In this document: positions 34,240 to 51,599 of the stretch, piece by piece
How positions within the stretch are numbered: position 1 is the first letter of the stretch
Layout of the letters: every line of letters begins with the position of its first letter
From: the human T2T-CHM13v2.0 reference genome, Homo sapiens
Assembly: GCF_009914755.1 (NCBI RefSeq)
Contig: NC_060945.1
Strand: one strand, 5' to 3'
Length of the DNA stretch: 64,000 nucleotides
Notes under the pieces: generated by a model
What the model was told of the DNA's origin: nothing
Databases searched by the model: none
Seen by the model: the letters and a program-made list of their open reading frames with translations, nothing else
Translations under genes and position numbers: made by a program

Positions 34240-36020
34240 TTCCATGTAGGCTAAAGTTACATCTTCAATAAGCCAAGTAATAGGAAATTACTTTGCTCAT
34301 CGCAGTGACCCTGGAATGTAGCATAGTATCAGAAAGTAGGAAAGTACCCCCCAAGAATGTGTTTTTAAGATGAGGGCACATCAGAAAGACCCAAGAATCA
34401 ATCTAATAAAGCTCCCAGTGGCCTGAGCTAATATAATTTGAGCACCATAATAAATTTCAATCGTATTGAATTATCATCTAAAGAATAAAATAAATATCCA
34501 TCAGCACATACTGATATAAATAAATAAATAAATAAACAAAAGAAGGAGGACCAATCTTTCTTACATAAGAAATCCAATTAATAAATGTAGAGAGAATTGG
34601 AGAAACAGGGAATCGCCACTGGAACACCACAGATATCATTGCTACGGGCAAGACTAATTGATAATTGCTAAAATTAGTGATTGAACCTTAAGGAGTAACA
34701 AGATATTTGCATCATATTTGTATCCCTTCCTAAATTTACTAACCACTCTTATGGTTTTAAAACATGACTTTGGGCCGGGCGCAATGGCTCACGCCTGTAA
34801 TCCCAGCACTTTGGGAGGCCAAAGCGGGCGGATCACGAGGTCAGGAGATCGAAACCATCCCAGCTAACACTGTGAAACCCCATCTCTACTAAAAAAACAC
34901 AAAAAAAAATTAGCCGGGCGTGTTGGCGGGCGCCTGTAGTCCCAGCTACTCGGGAAGCTGAGGCAGAGGAGAATGGCATGAACCCGGGAGGCAGAGCTTG
35001 CAGTGAGCTGAGATTGCGCCACTGCACTCCAGTCTGGGTGACAGAGCAAGACTCCGTCCCCAAAAAAAAAACAAACAAAAAAAAAAACATGACTTTCATA
35101 CTCAAGTATAGACTGGACTTAGTGACCTGCTTTTATGAATAGATGACAGAAAGAGGAAAATTGTAACTTGACAGTGGGGAAACCTAACAGACATCACATT
35201 AGCCAGGTGATCAAAGTTAATGTTACCTGCAGTCATGCTGACATTATACGCCCACTAACATGATACAATGAGAAGGGCCTATCACCTCTGTGGTGTTCTT
35301 CTCCAAAATCCACAGCCTCAGAATGTTTATGAGAAACCATCAGATAAACCCAAGTTAAGGGCATTCTACAAAACACCTGACCACTACTCTTCAAAACATC
35401 TAAAGTCATGAAAGACAAGAAAGTACAGAGAAGCTATCACAGATTGGTGGAAACTAGGGGGACATGATGAGTGAAGGTATCAGGATATCCCAAACAGGGT
35501 CCTGGAACAGAAAAAGCACATTAACAGAAAAAGTTAAGAAGTCCAGGCCGGGCGCGGTGGCTCACGCCTGTAATCCCAGCACTTTGGGAGGCCGAGGCGC
35601 TCGGATCACAAGGTCAGGAGGTCAAGACCATCCTGGCGAACACGGTGAAACCCTGTCTCTACTAAAAATACAAAAAATTAGCCGGGCGTGGTGGTGGGCA
35701 CCTGTAGTCTCAGCTACTCGGGAGGCTGAGGCAGGAGAATGGCGTGAACCTGGGAGGTGGGGCTTGCAGTGAGCCGAGATGGCACCCACTGCACTCCAGC
35801 CTGGGCGACAGAGCGAGCCTCCATCTCAAAAAAAAATTTGAGAAGTCCAAATAAAGTTGGTAGTTCTCTTGCTAATATTGCACCACATCAATGTCTTAGT
35901 TTTGATAAACATACTATGTAAGACGTTAACATTCGGGGAAGTTGGGTGAAGGGTGTATGGGAACACTCTGTACTGTCTTAGTAACTCTTTATGAATTCTA
36001 AAATTATTTCAAACTAAAAA
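34240..36020 (+). mobile_element. L1MC/MD-type 3' UTR with two AluY insertions (34773-35087, 35546-35836)
   Basis: L1M motifs. TSDs aaaacatgacttt and agaagtcca. Confidence 0.8.
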
Positions 36021-37442
36021 GTTTTGTAGAATAGGTAGAGTTGCAAATAATTTGGTGAGAGGTGCAGATGGAGGTATCTCTTATCTGTGAGGCAATAAGT
36101 CAAGTAAATTGCTGAGAAAAATGTGGGTGGGAGAAAATGGCACAGAGGGCCTTTGTCATGACTTGCCTGAAGGTCGATACTGCATTAGAAAAAAATTATC
36201 CAAAAATGACCACACTGTGCTATAATGGTGCCATGTCTCCATGTATCTGCCACATCTGCATTCTCTGGGCTTGCTGTAGTGATGGGAGGGATTCAAATCC
36301 TCCTCTTCAGCAAAAGAAGTTTCTGGATGGATGGTCTGAGACAAGAAGGGATGTCCTTTCCCCGGGCTGCGCACGGATTCCAATGCCCCACTAAATGATG
36401 CTAACAGGCATCATCTCTGGCCACTGAAGCCCAGGCTCTTAAGTTTAATCATAAAACGCTTTGGTCTCATGGGCTGCAAACCACCAAGATAGAACTAAGA
36501 TTGATAAGAAAAATATACTGTTTACTCAAAACAGGTGTATACCAGCCTACATATTTATAATGTCCTATTATACGGTTGTACAGTTCATATCCTCAATAAT
36601 TCAGTAGGTATCTCGCTAACATCTATTTGAAATCCCCCCCAGAATAACATTTAGCAATAGCTTCCTGATCTCTTTAGAATGGTGTCCTTATTTTTCTTAA
36701 ACATTTGATATGTTACACCACCCAGGTGGAAAATAGAACACAGAGTGTAGGATACACACTTACTCACCATAAAAACAACCATACTGTAACACCAAAATAT
36801 ATTTATCCAATTGGTCAAGGAAATTGAATTTAACATATGCTGTTATCGTACAAGCATTTTTAATGAAATAACATTTTGTATGTATATAGCACCTTTCTAC
36901 TAAGGAGCAAAAATATGGCTCAGACATTATTACTCATTTTCACACTATCCTCGACAGGTGGATAAGTAGCAACATTTATACCAAGTTTTAATCACTGGGA
37001 AACAAAGACATGCATAAAGAGAGCAAATAAACCACAAATGGTAACCCAGAAAGTTGGCATTTTCCACCCCCCAATGCCCACTGTGGTCCCCTCACTCTTT
37101 TTTTTTCTGCAATATTAAAAGCTACTTTGAATATTGGTGGAAAAAAAATAGAGGAACAGTAGAGTGATGAAACAGGTATATACCAGCCTCCTCAGGAAAC
37201 TGATGGTGGAGCTTAGACTGGAAACTGTTGAAAGTTAAAAATAATTCCCAAACCTTGACCATCTACTTGGACAAATTTGATGTGTACCAGGGACAAATGA
37301 AAGTATCCTTCCAAAATACGTCCCAAATTATTGTCAAGCCTTTCTGTAATAAAGGTCCATTCCTCAAGCTGCTGTCACATAATGTGCAGGTGATCAACAG
37401 CAAATCCATTAGCAACACAGGATAAAGAAATTTGTGTAGCCC

Positions 37443-37870
37443 CAATAGCAAAGACTTGGAACCAACCCAAATGTCCAACAATGGTAGACTGGATTAAGAA
37501 AATGTGGCACATATACACCATGGAATACTATGCAGCCATAAAAAATGATGAGTTCATGTCCTTTGTAGGGACATGGATGAAGCTGGAAACCATCATTCTC
37601 AGCAAACTATCACAAGGACAAAAAACCAAACACCGCATGTTCTCACTCATAGGTGGGAACTGAACAATGAGAACACATGGACACGGGAAGGGGAACATCA
37701 CACACCTGGGCCTGTTGTGGGGTGGGGGGAGGGGGGAGGGATAGCATTAGGAGATATACCTAATTTTAGATGACGAGTTAATGGGTGCAGCACACCAACA
37801 TGGCACATGTAACAAACCTGCACGTTGTGCACATGTACCCTAAAACTTAAAGTATAATTAAAAAAAAAAA
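37443..37870 (+). mobile_element. 5'-truncated L1PA insertion
   Basis: Near-consensus L1PA 3' end with poly-A. 18-bp TSD aagaaatttgtgtagccc (37425-37442, 37871-37888). Confidence 0.96.
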
Positions 37871-39239
37871 AAGAAATTTGTGTAGCCCAGAAACTCTTGC
37901 ATAAAACATAACTTCAACAAGACAGTAGTACATTTTGGATGATGCATTCCTGAGGAGCTCTTTAAAAATTCATTCAAGGAAATAAAAAAAAAAGTCTCTT
38001 TAATGATAAATGCAAATTACAGGCATAGTTGGAGCCTAAAATTATGTCTTGAATAGGAAAATTACCAGAGGATGAATTCCTTAAGAGCACGACTGTCTTT
38101 CAAGAGTTTCTAATATATTTAATCTCCAGTAAACTCTAGGATATCCAAAGGTGTAGTACCCTTTTTTTTTCCAGAATATGCAGTGTCTGAGAAACTTGTA
38201 TCACATCTATCCATGCATTCAACTAATGTCAGCAAAACTAGATGACAAATCATACATAAAGGGAAGGATGAAAATATTTTGTTGTAAACTTCTGAGACAT
38301 AGGGATAAGGAAAGGAAGTTACATAATATTCTAATAACAAATTTCAATAATGTGAAAAAAGAAAAATAACAGCCAACACTTATGAAGTACTTCTATGCAC
38401 TAGTATGGGTAACGGCGCCAGGCACAATACATGCGTTATCTCATTTCCTCATCACAAGCTTCCTTTGAGATATACCCATTTTATAGACTTAGATTAAGAT
38501 GCTTGTCAGAGGTCAGGGTACAAGCAGCTGTCTGACTCCAAACCCTTTATGGAGGCTGCCTGGCTTTTTCTCTAGCTCTTCACTTCTTAATTAGTGCAGA
38601 GAATCAAGTCTTGCCTTTCATTTCTTCCCCTGCACTGAAGAAAAATCTAAAAGTCATCCTTTTGTAACATTGAAAACTTGGAATAAAAAATTCATTAAAA
38701 TATTATCTATAGAAACACTCCCAAAGCCTCATAGCAAGAAATTCAGATAAAAGCACATATTTTCACTACTTTAATGTGCATGAGTTTAAACTCCATGACT
38801 GTTATTTTTATCTTCATCATTCCCTATTTGACTGATTTTTAACCTATCATGTTACACCATGGAGTGGCAAATACTATCAAGGAATCAAAAAAAGCAACTC
38901 CTTCAATAATCTAATTTATAGGAAATAGAGTAAATTACAATGATGCCTCTTTAATCTAATTAATTAGCTAATTGATTAATTTAATTAGTTAATTAACTAA
39001 TGTCCCTGATGGGCAAAGTTTTCTTAACCAGAGAGCTTCCTGGCCCACACAAGAAAGGAAAAATTAATGATCCATCAGCTGTTTCTGAACTTCAGGATAG
39101 TTGGAGGCCCAGCTTCAGGGATCACGTCTTCTGTGAGGTCACAAAGGAAATTACGCCTTCAAGAATGCACTGTTCAAGCCATATCCTTGACTCCGATGAA
39201 TCAATCAGGAAAGGGCTATTGTTATAAATAAGCAAATGA

Positions 39240-39635
<396 letters not shown>

Positions 39636-41559
39636 TGAGGACTAAGACCCCCTCCTTCCCAGGGCCCAAAGCAAGAAAATGGGATGGAGAGGCCCATCTC
39701 CAAAGATCTTACCCTTGGAATAAGGGTCTTTTTCCCACACCTCCTTGACATCTATTCCCCCTGGGCTGTTTTTATTTTCCTAACCCACACTCCATCAGCT
39801 TTAAGCACTAAAGAACTTTTTGGCCACCTCAGGACAAAAATTTGTTACAAAAATCACCTCCTAAATCGAATGAGCTCAGCCTCACTAAGTAAATCAGGCT
39901 TTGGACAGGCTCCGCTTCCTGTTGGTTGTTCATACATTTGTGTTGCTCAAGTCTTCATCTTAGAACCCAACCCCGCCTTGCTGGATTCCTGATGGAATTT
40001 CTCTTTGCACCTGAACAATTCTTCAGGCATCTTCTCCTTTTAATTTTGAAGAATGTGATACCTTTCTGTCAGAAAAGGTATCCAGGTCTTAGATTCACAC
40101 TCAAGCCATGAATAATACTCTTCTGGGCATACATAAATACACGATTTTCCCAAATTCTCCTTCTCCTAGCACAGAGACCAAAGCCTTCTTCCTTCCCTTT
40201 CCCTAGCCTTCTTTCAAATTCTCACCTTTCCTGGCATTTGTTTACTTGCTCAACCTTCTAACAAACATTTATTTAACAAACATCTGCTATGATCCAGGCA
40301 CTGAACTAAGTGACACAAAGGTGAGTAAGACACAGTCCTTGCCGTAAGAAGTTCATGCTCTTATGAAGCAGACCAGTTATCAGACCATTACAGTGCATGG
40401 TGGAAGGGCAGAGATAGCGTTAAGCCCAGGACATTATAGGGCCCCTCAAAAAGAGCCAAGTCACCCCACTGGGGACCCTGTCTGTTTCCCCTCACTCTTC
40501 AGGTTCTAGGTGTTTTCAGAGTTGTGTTTCTTTAAAGTGTTTAAATAGTTTCCTTTCTAGCAACCTCCCCCATGGATAACGACGTAGACCTTCCCAACTC
40601 CCAATCTGAATCATTGTATTACTTCCAGGCCAGCGACTCATATATTCCTAGACTCATCAACTTCTCATCATCCGTACTACCACAAACATCAGAATATCTA
40701 AAACCCCTAGAGTCCAATCCACTCCAGTCCATGTTTGAGTTTTCCAAATCCACATGTCATTTGAAGGTGAATTTTCCATGCATTGTGTTTTGAAATCAAC
40801 AGACATATACTTAATCCTTTTGCCTCAGTTTCTGATCATCATAAAGACAGGAAAAACAGAAATCCTCAGTTCATTTTAATTCTCTTAGTCCTCAACGTGA
40901 TATTCGTTCACATCCTTCATGACTGGCCTCTCTTTTACCTATCTGGTTTTGAATTACATTGGCTAACTTCAGAAAAGTCATCGTTACTAAATTGTCTCTG
41001 AAAGAAAGTAATTGAGGCAGAAGATATATGCAGTTCTTCAGCAATTGTTTGAGCTGCACTGTCAGTGTAGAAATAAGCAGCCTAATAAGAGGTCAGATAC
41101 GTGGGTTTTAAAAGCCTATTTATCATACAGTATTCAAACCCTTTAATCATTTTATAAGCCTCACATTAAATGTCAGTTGTCATTCTTTTTCCCATCATGA
41201 TTACTTAACAAACCAAAATACCATTATGTTGTTCCTTTTCTAGAAAAAAAAAATGCTTCAACGTGAAAGAAATAAAGCTACAGAGAGACAGGGCTGGCGC
41301 AGGGGATCTGGACCTAGAGAACCAGCTTCAAATTCTGCTCCACAACCTATTTATTGTGTGATTTGAAGCCAATTATTTAAGTTCTTTGAGCTTCAGTCCC
41401 TTGATCTATTCAAGGAAGATAATAATAATCTCTGCCTTACAGTGTTTTCAAGGGTGAGTCCACACCCATCCTTGAGTGAATCATCACCTTGGTGGGCTCC
41501 ATGGCACCCTCCTCCCCCACCCCACCCCCGGCCGGCCCTCCTTTCTGAAGCAGCCTCTC

Positions 41560-43780
<2,221 letters not shown>

Positions 43781-46194
43781 TGATTTATTAATTACTTTTT
43801 AAATTAATTAATATTGAGGTGCACCAGCAACATAGTTAAAACTCCTCATTCCCCAAACTACTCAGATCCATTTCTGGCTCTGCCACATACTGGTTTTGTG
43901 ACTTTGGGGAAGTTATCTTATCGTTATCCCTGACACTTCCTCTCCAAAATTGAGTAGCTTGCATAGGAAAGTCAAGAAGACAAAAGTTAGCCTCCCAGCA
44001 ACTAGCTAAACAAAACCCACTTTTCAGTCAAAACCAAGAATACCTATTTAATGATAATAATAAAAAAGAAGAAACCATGCTCCTAGTACACATTAATTCA
44101 TCAAAGGATAATAAAGAAGAAAAAGAGGAGTCACAGCCACTTGTGCTCTGCTAATAAGTAACAGTCTTGCCAAGACCTTAGGAGGACAACATCAGCCAGC
44201 ACCCATTTTCAATACAGGTGACTTGGTGGACCTTTGTTTCCCATCAAGTCCCTTTCCTCTAGCACCCAAGCACCCCTGCAGCCCACCCCTGACACAGCCT
44301 GGTAGCAGGTGCTTCTCCTGCAAGGGAAACAGCCAGGCCCTGTGCCCCATATGCAATGAACAAGGCAGGGCTCTGCCCCTCTCCTGCAAGCAATCAACAC
44401 AGGCCCTGAAGCATGAGATTTAATTGCTTGTTCATTATTTTAGCTTGCAGGGGCTACAAGGAAGTATGGCATTTCTGAGCACACCATCCGAGGGAACCCT
44501 GGGAGCTGTCAGATTAAAAAATAACAACAGAAACGAGAAAGGAGCCTCTCTTTAGCCAAATGGCTTCAGGTGCCCGTGACTCAATGCAAGGGCCCCCATC
44601 AAAACCCATGGCAGCCCCTCTCTGTTTGTCCTGCCCTTTTCAATTCTGTCTGAGTGGGGAGGAGAATGCCACAAAGAGACGAGAATTTGAACTCGCAGCC
44701 CCTGAGTGCACCAATGCCCTTTTTCTGCCTGATTGTATACTTGAAGTGCCTGTAAAGTCAATAACTTCCCATGGTTTCACAGCAAAGTCAAAAGGTTAAA
44801 AAAGAGACATTGTCCTTTTGAAGATGTGGAAAGTAATGAGTGAGCAGGCTGAATCCTCTGTGGGTTTAAAAGCCTGTGCCATTCTGCTTTAAGGTGTCAA
44901 AATTGCCTTAAATTTTTAGCTTTGTTATACCCTGCTGCTACACAGATATCATAGAACCAGGCTGAGTCTCTCAATTTGGAGATCATTTTTTCTCTCTAAA
45001 AACTTGTTGAAATATATATGTTAGCACAGACATTTTCTTAACATTTTCTGTTCAAAATATAGTATTTTTTCAGATGCATCTTAAGAGATCAGAATAGTCA
45101 AACAGTAGATCTCTTTTTGAAAAAAAAAATTGTATACCATCTTCAAGTTTTAAGCACAAAGGTTACAGCTAGTCCTCCTCCCCTATTTTATTTCCACTGT
45201 TGGAGCAGATTTGACCTCGTCTCTCTAAAGGCAGAAAACTTCAACAAAGGTGAGAGGACTATTTAAAGCGATGAAAAAGATTCTGAATGAAGGATTTTGC
45301 CCTGGATGAAGCCTGAAAGAAATGCAGTGCTTAGGAAGTGGATAAAAGTCAATAGCAACAATTCTTGGCTTTGGATGAAAACTTGAAGGTGCACTTTTCC
45401 CCAGTGATATGAAAAACAAGAAAATAAAAACAACCAACCAGAGACCCGTAACTCTTCTGGTTCTGTGGCGTCTGTACATTCATGTGATAGAAACTTACTA
45501 AATCCCAAAGGGTCCCTGGCAAAGCCCAGGCTCCGTGATGGGCTGAGAGCCCTGCCACTGCACCAGGAGAAAAGGAGTCACTAGGCTTCGGATGGGGAAG
45601 AGAAAAGCCTCTTTCCTCCCTCCCATTCCAAAAGAGAAGAAAAAACCTGGACAGCCAGATACAAGCAGCCTTGAAAAATCACTCTAGAGGAGAAAAGACA
45701 GGAAGAATGTCATCGAGAAAGAAGGCCAGGAGAGGATGCCACAAAGGTGCTTTTTCTCCCTCCTCTCTTTCCACCTTTCCCATAGTCTCCTCTCCACCTA
45801 AACGACCCCCAATCAACTCTCTCCAGATTCTACTCTCCCACCGGAGCCTGACTGACACATTTTCCAAAAGCAGGTTAAAAAAAGCAAGGGTCTCAGGCTC
45901 CGTCACATCCAACTCATTCTTATGTGCCAGGGAGATACAGAGCCACATTCTGTGTATCTGTTGGATTGTGAATTACCACTTGGGCATAGAGACTGGTCTC
46001 AACAGTGAGATTCCCCTCGTGTAGGAACCCTCATGCTTCAGCTAGGTGCTTACAGGTGAAGAGTTACTCAAAAATCATCATGTAGCAAATTTGGTTTCCA
46101 CACCTTAAATTAGAGAGACTCAGGCGTGCACCAAGGAAACGTCTAGCTATGCTCTTCTCCAGCCTCTCACCGGGCTGCAGGTCTTAGCTTTTAG

Positions 46195-46620
<426 letters not shown>

Positions 46621-47437
46621 AGAGGAAACAATTTCTTAATGGAAAGAATTTGTTATTAGTTTAGGCCACAAGCCTGAATCTTTGAAACAGCATGACTCAG
46701 ATAGTTCATCACTCAGAGAATTAAGGTTTTGCATCCCTCGGTTCTGAGTGAGGTTTTCTTCCTCTTTTGAGAAGAGCAGCATTAAATTACCAGAGCCATC
46801 TCATCGGTCATTCATTTAGTATTTACCACACCTACTATGTGCAAAAGGCAGTGGGAAGTAGAAAGATTAGAAAGAAAAACTCCTGCCATCCAAGGGGTTA
46901 ACAGCTTACAGATCTTAGAACCACACAACTTAGAAAAAAAAGTTTAAGATTATATAGAGAATCCAAGTGCTTTATTTCACAGATGAAGACATAAGACCCT
47001 GAACTATTCTATAACTCCTGTGGTAAACTACAGAGGCAATTCCCAAACCCAGGTCTGCTGACTCAAAGAAGGACTGTGCCTTTCCATTCTGTTCCTAACA
47101 GCTAAGAAACTCCTGCATCCCCAGATCCCAGAGGCTTATATGGTCTGGAAAGCTGGTGTCGTGGTCATCAGTCAAAAGCACTCACTGCATACGTACACCA
47201 TGGCCAGCACACACCTGGAGGTTTGGACACACACATTCACACACTTACATAATCCTCACAATAAGTGTTTGAGGCAAGAATTGGTATTCAGGATGTAAGC
47301 TTGAGAAGCTGGGGGGAGTGTTAAATAACCCATTCAAGGTTAAAGGGTCCCCGTGGTGAATTGAGGACTCAAAACTCAGTCTGTTCTCTGCCCCTACACA
47401 CCAGTAGCCTCGATTTCCAACTCGTTTGGTTATTCCT

Positions 47438-48115
47438 TGTTATAGACTGAATGCTGTGTCTCTCTCCCAAAATTCACATGTTAAAACCCTACTCCCCGAT
47501 GTGAGAATATCAGGAGGTGAGGCCTTTGGGGGTGATTAGGGTGAAGCCCTCATGGTGGGATTAGAGTCTTTGTTAGAAGAGACACAACAGAGATGATTGT
47601 TTCTCTTCAGCCATGTGAGGACAGGACAAGACGTCCATCTACGAACCAGAAAGAGGGATCTCACCAGACACCAAATCTGCTGCTGCCTTGATCTTGGACT
47701 TCCTAGCCTCCAGAACTATAAGAAATAAATGTTTGTGGCTGGGTGAGGTGGCTCACACCTGTAATACCAGCACTTTGAGAGGCTGAGGCGGGTGGATTAC
47801 TTGAGGTCAGGAGTTCGAGACCAGCCTGGCCAACACAGTGAAACCCCATCTCTAATAAAAATACAAAAATTAGCCAGGCATAGTGGCACATGCCTGTAAC
47901 TCCAGCTACTCGGGAGGCTGAGGCAGGAGAATCACTTGAATCCAGGAGGCCGGGGTTGCACTGAGCAGAGATCTCGCTACTCCACTCCAGCCTGGGCGAC
48001 AGAGTGAGACTCCGTCTCAAAAAAAAAAAGAAAAGAAAAAAAGAAAAAAAAAGAAATGTTTGTTGTTTGAGCCAGTCCATGATATTCTGCCATAGCAGGC
48101 CAAACTGACTCATAT
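47438..48115 (+). mobile_element. MLT1A-type MaLR LTR interrupted by an Alu (47738-48052)
   Basis: LTR consensus on both sides. TSD aaatgtttgt next to the LTR AATAAA. Confidence 0.85.
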
Positions 48116-48442
48116 ACTCCCTTTGTTTCATCTTCATGTATTTCTGGCATCCTGGTTTGTAACAAATAATGGAATCTTAGAATTTTAGAAATTGAAATGT
48201 TCTCAGAGACCATGTGGTCCAGATCTCTCATTTTACAGGTGAGGCAAGTGGTCCAGTGACTCATCTGTGCTCACTGCATGAGAGCCATGCAAGCTCTAGA
48301 GAGCACACACAGAGTGAGAGAGACAAGCCGAGATCCTGTCCCCGTAGGCACTAGTGTATCCATGGTTTGGTACAACATTGGGTGTCATCCTGGTTGTCCC
48401 AAGCCTCAGCAGCCGGTGGATGTCAATAAGGTCACATTATTA

Positions 48443-48767
<325 letters not shown>

Positions 48768-50146
48768 GAATGAATAAACAAGTAACTAACTTGATGTAGG
48801 AGCCATACATATGCATCTGTCTACTACAGAGCCTCCCGCCCCTCTCCAAGTCCTCACCTTGGTTTTCTGGAGTCCCGTGGTCTGTCTCACAACCACCCTT
48901 ATATGTACTCAACACCCCAGACGTCATTTGAGTGTTTTCCTCAATCATGACCATAGCTGCTCAGACCTTCTCTGTCAGCATCTGCTTCCCCTGAAAAGAT
49001 TTCTTTCTCATGCCTTTCTGTCTGTGTCCACAGTGTCTCAATTGAAGGTCCTTGGTCTTCAAGGAACCAAGACTACACTGAGATCCATTCTTGGGAAGTG
49101 CCTCTCCTTCAACCTCCGGTACCACTCATCCATAAACACCAACACTATTTGCCTCTTTGTGTATCATAAAGTCCCTCATTGAAACAGCCCCTTAAACTCC
49201 AGTCTGGAAAACAAACCCACTGGGCTACAATAAGAACCAATTTTAGACACAGACATCCTCCCACTTCCTCTTGACCCCAGGTATTCTCTGCCAAACTACA
49301 ATTCCTCCAGGAAATCAGCATCTAGCAGCACCCCCACCAACCCATGGAGGTTTGTTTTGTTTTGTTTTTTGAGACAGGTCTCACTCTGTCACCCAGGCTA
49401 GAGTGCAGTGGTACAACCACAGCTCACTGCAGCCTGACCTCCCCGGGCTCACGTGATCATCCATGAGGCAGTTTGAAGAGATCTGAAGCCCAAGATAGAC
49501 TCAGGCTGGAATTCCCACTATATACAGGTCACTAGATTTAATTTAAATGTGTCTTAAATTTCACAAATGATGCAACAGAATGAAAGATGTAATTCAACAA
49601 AACTTGTCCAAGAAGGTCCTTGGTATTTTCTCTCTTCTGGAAATCATCGATGAAAAAGCATGTTATATGAGCTAGCAGAACTCAGTCAGTTAAGGGAAAA
49701 AAGGTCATTTAATTGCACAATAAGAAGCATAATGTGGGCAGAAAAGAACTCCCTGTTTATTGCATATGTCAAATTATTTAGGTATCTATGAGAGAAAGGT
49801 GGATGTACCAAAAACCTAGGCTATGTGTAATCATTGAAATTGAGTATCAGATTGCACTCTATGCTTCCTGGAAGCCAAGGTAAAAAGTAAAATAGGTAAG
49901 TTATATAGTTCTCCACTATTATTCATCTCATAGAGTAACACAGCGTCTGGTCTGGTCTAACAGCCAAAAGCCTATCATCACAAAAAGAAATGAATTAATT
50001 GCCTGGGTCTCTAAATAAAGGGAATAAATCACCCTAGACAACAAGGTCTTGGAGGGCCTCATCTGGGTGGTCTCTACCACATGCCCCGCAACAGTTTTCC
50101 ATATGCCCCGCAACAGTTTTCCATAATAGAAACAGATTTCATCTGA

Positions 50147-50493
<347 letters not shown>

Positions 50494-51599
50494 TGAGAAG
50501 GTGTTTTTACAAAGACCTCCTGTTCTGAACACTGCTCATTCTGCCTCTGATGAGCCCAGCTTCCTGGATGGACCACACATGCTACCAGGCATGGCTTATG
50601 ATACCCTTGAGCCTGGTTTATGATGACCCTTGGTGTTCATTTTCCTCATCATTTTCAGCCTGGGCCAGCTTGTCTCTCTTGGACATACGAAGGTGCCTTG
50701 TTAACCTCTTTTTACCCTCTCCCATAGCCAGTGCACAAAAAATACTTGGATCTCGGGTCATTGTTCCCTGACCATAGGCTTTGTTGAGATTAGAAATAAC
50801 TGGTTCTTTCAAAGAGAATGCCTGCATTAACCAAGTATATTCTAAAGATATGTAGCAAATGCTACATTTGTAATCATCATAAAGCTGAAAGGAAAAAGAA
50901 ACACTGCAAACATACTGAAACAATTAAGCAATGTTCGTTCCTGACTTTGGGCTGGGAAGAATATTCTTTGTGCACCGTATAGTCGGTAAGACAACATTCT
51001 GAGGCCCACGTTTTAGTTAGTTACCAACTCCTAGAAGCCAATGGAAAATCACAGTCTTTGATGTGTAAAATAACTGAGAAAAAGGGTGTAGAGCCTTATA
51101 AAATACCTGAGCTTCATCTGGACCAGCCAGGAGCAAGACTTGAAATCCTCTTACTGAGGAAAATGAAGGAATGCACACTTGCCTTTTGAGGCACAAAATA
51201 AAAGAAACCTATAAAATTTGTGTGGCACAGTGTCCCAGAAATCAATTATGTAATTCTTAGAGCAAAAACCTGCTTATAATCTGCTGTTTAACAAAATTTT
51301 TAAGGGTTATAAAAGGTTTATTAAAATCTTACCATACGGTCAAACTGATTCAGATTAAATACCTTTGTCTATAAGGTTTGATTAAGGTTTGGGTTTAACA
51401 TAAATAGTACATTAATGTAAAGGTGAAATTTGGCTTATTGGGTATAAAAATCATACAGGGAGCACTGCCAAATATGAAATGGTATTTGGCTTTCTTTGGG
51501 CTATAGTTGCATAAATATGTTATTGGTATGTGATCTGAAATAATGGGAAACTCCTATAATTCTGACATGACTTAGTGTATGTTATTAATAATTATAAGA

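Noticed and set aside
36160-36476. - strand exon-like block (about 103 codons, one TGA, GC donor) overlapping an 85-aa + ORF
   Set aside because: Strand ambiguous and no partner exons. Unresolved rather than supported.
38950-39001. (TAAT/ATTA)n palindromic tract
   Set aside because: Low-complexity slippage product
39093-39107. RIVGG motif suggesting a trypsin-like protease activation site
   Set aside because: Not followed by the PWQ/V-S-L or CGG motifs, so probably coincidence
39964-40077. 114-bp AG/GT-bounded block within the fossil chain
   Set aside because: The frame needed for the chain has 4 stops in 37 codons while another frame is open, so it was left out as ambiguous
50081-50124. 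22-bp direct repeat x2 (atgccccgcaacagttttccat)
   Set aside because: Simple tandem duplication with no spacers, not CRISPR-like
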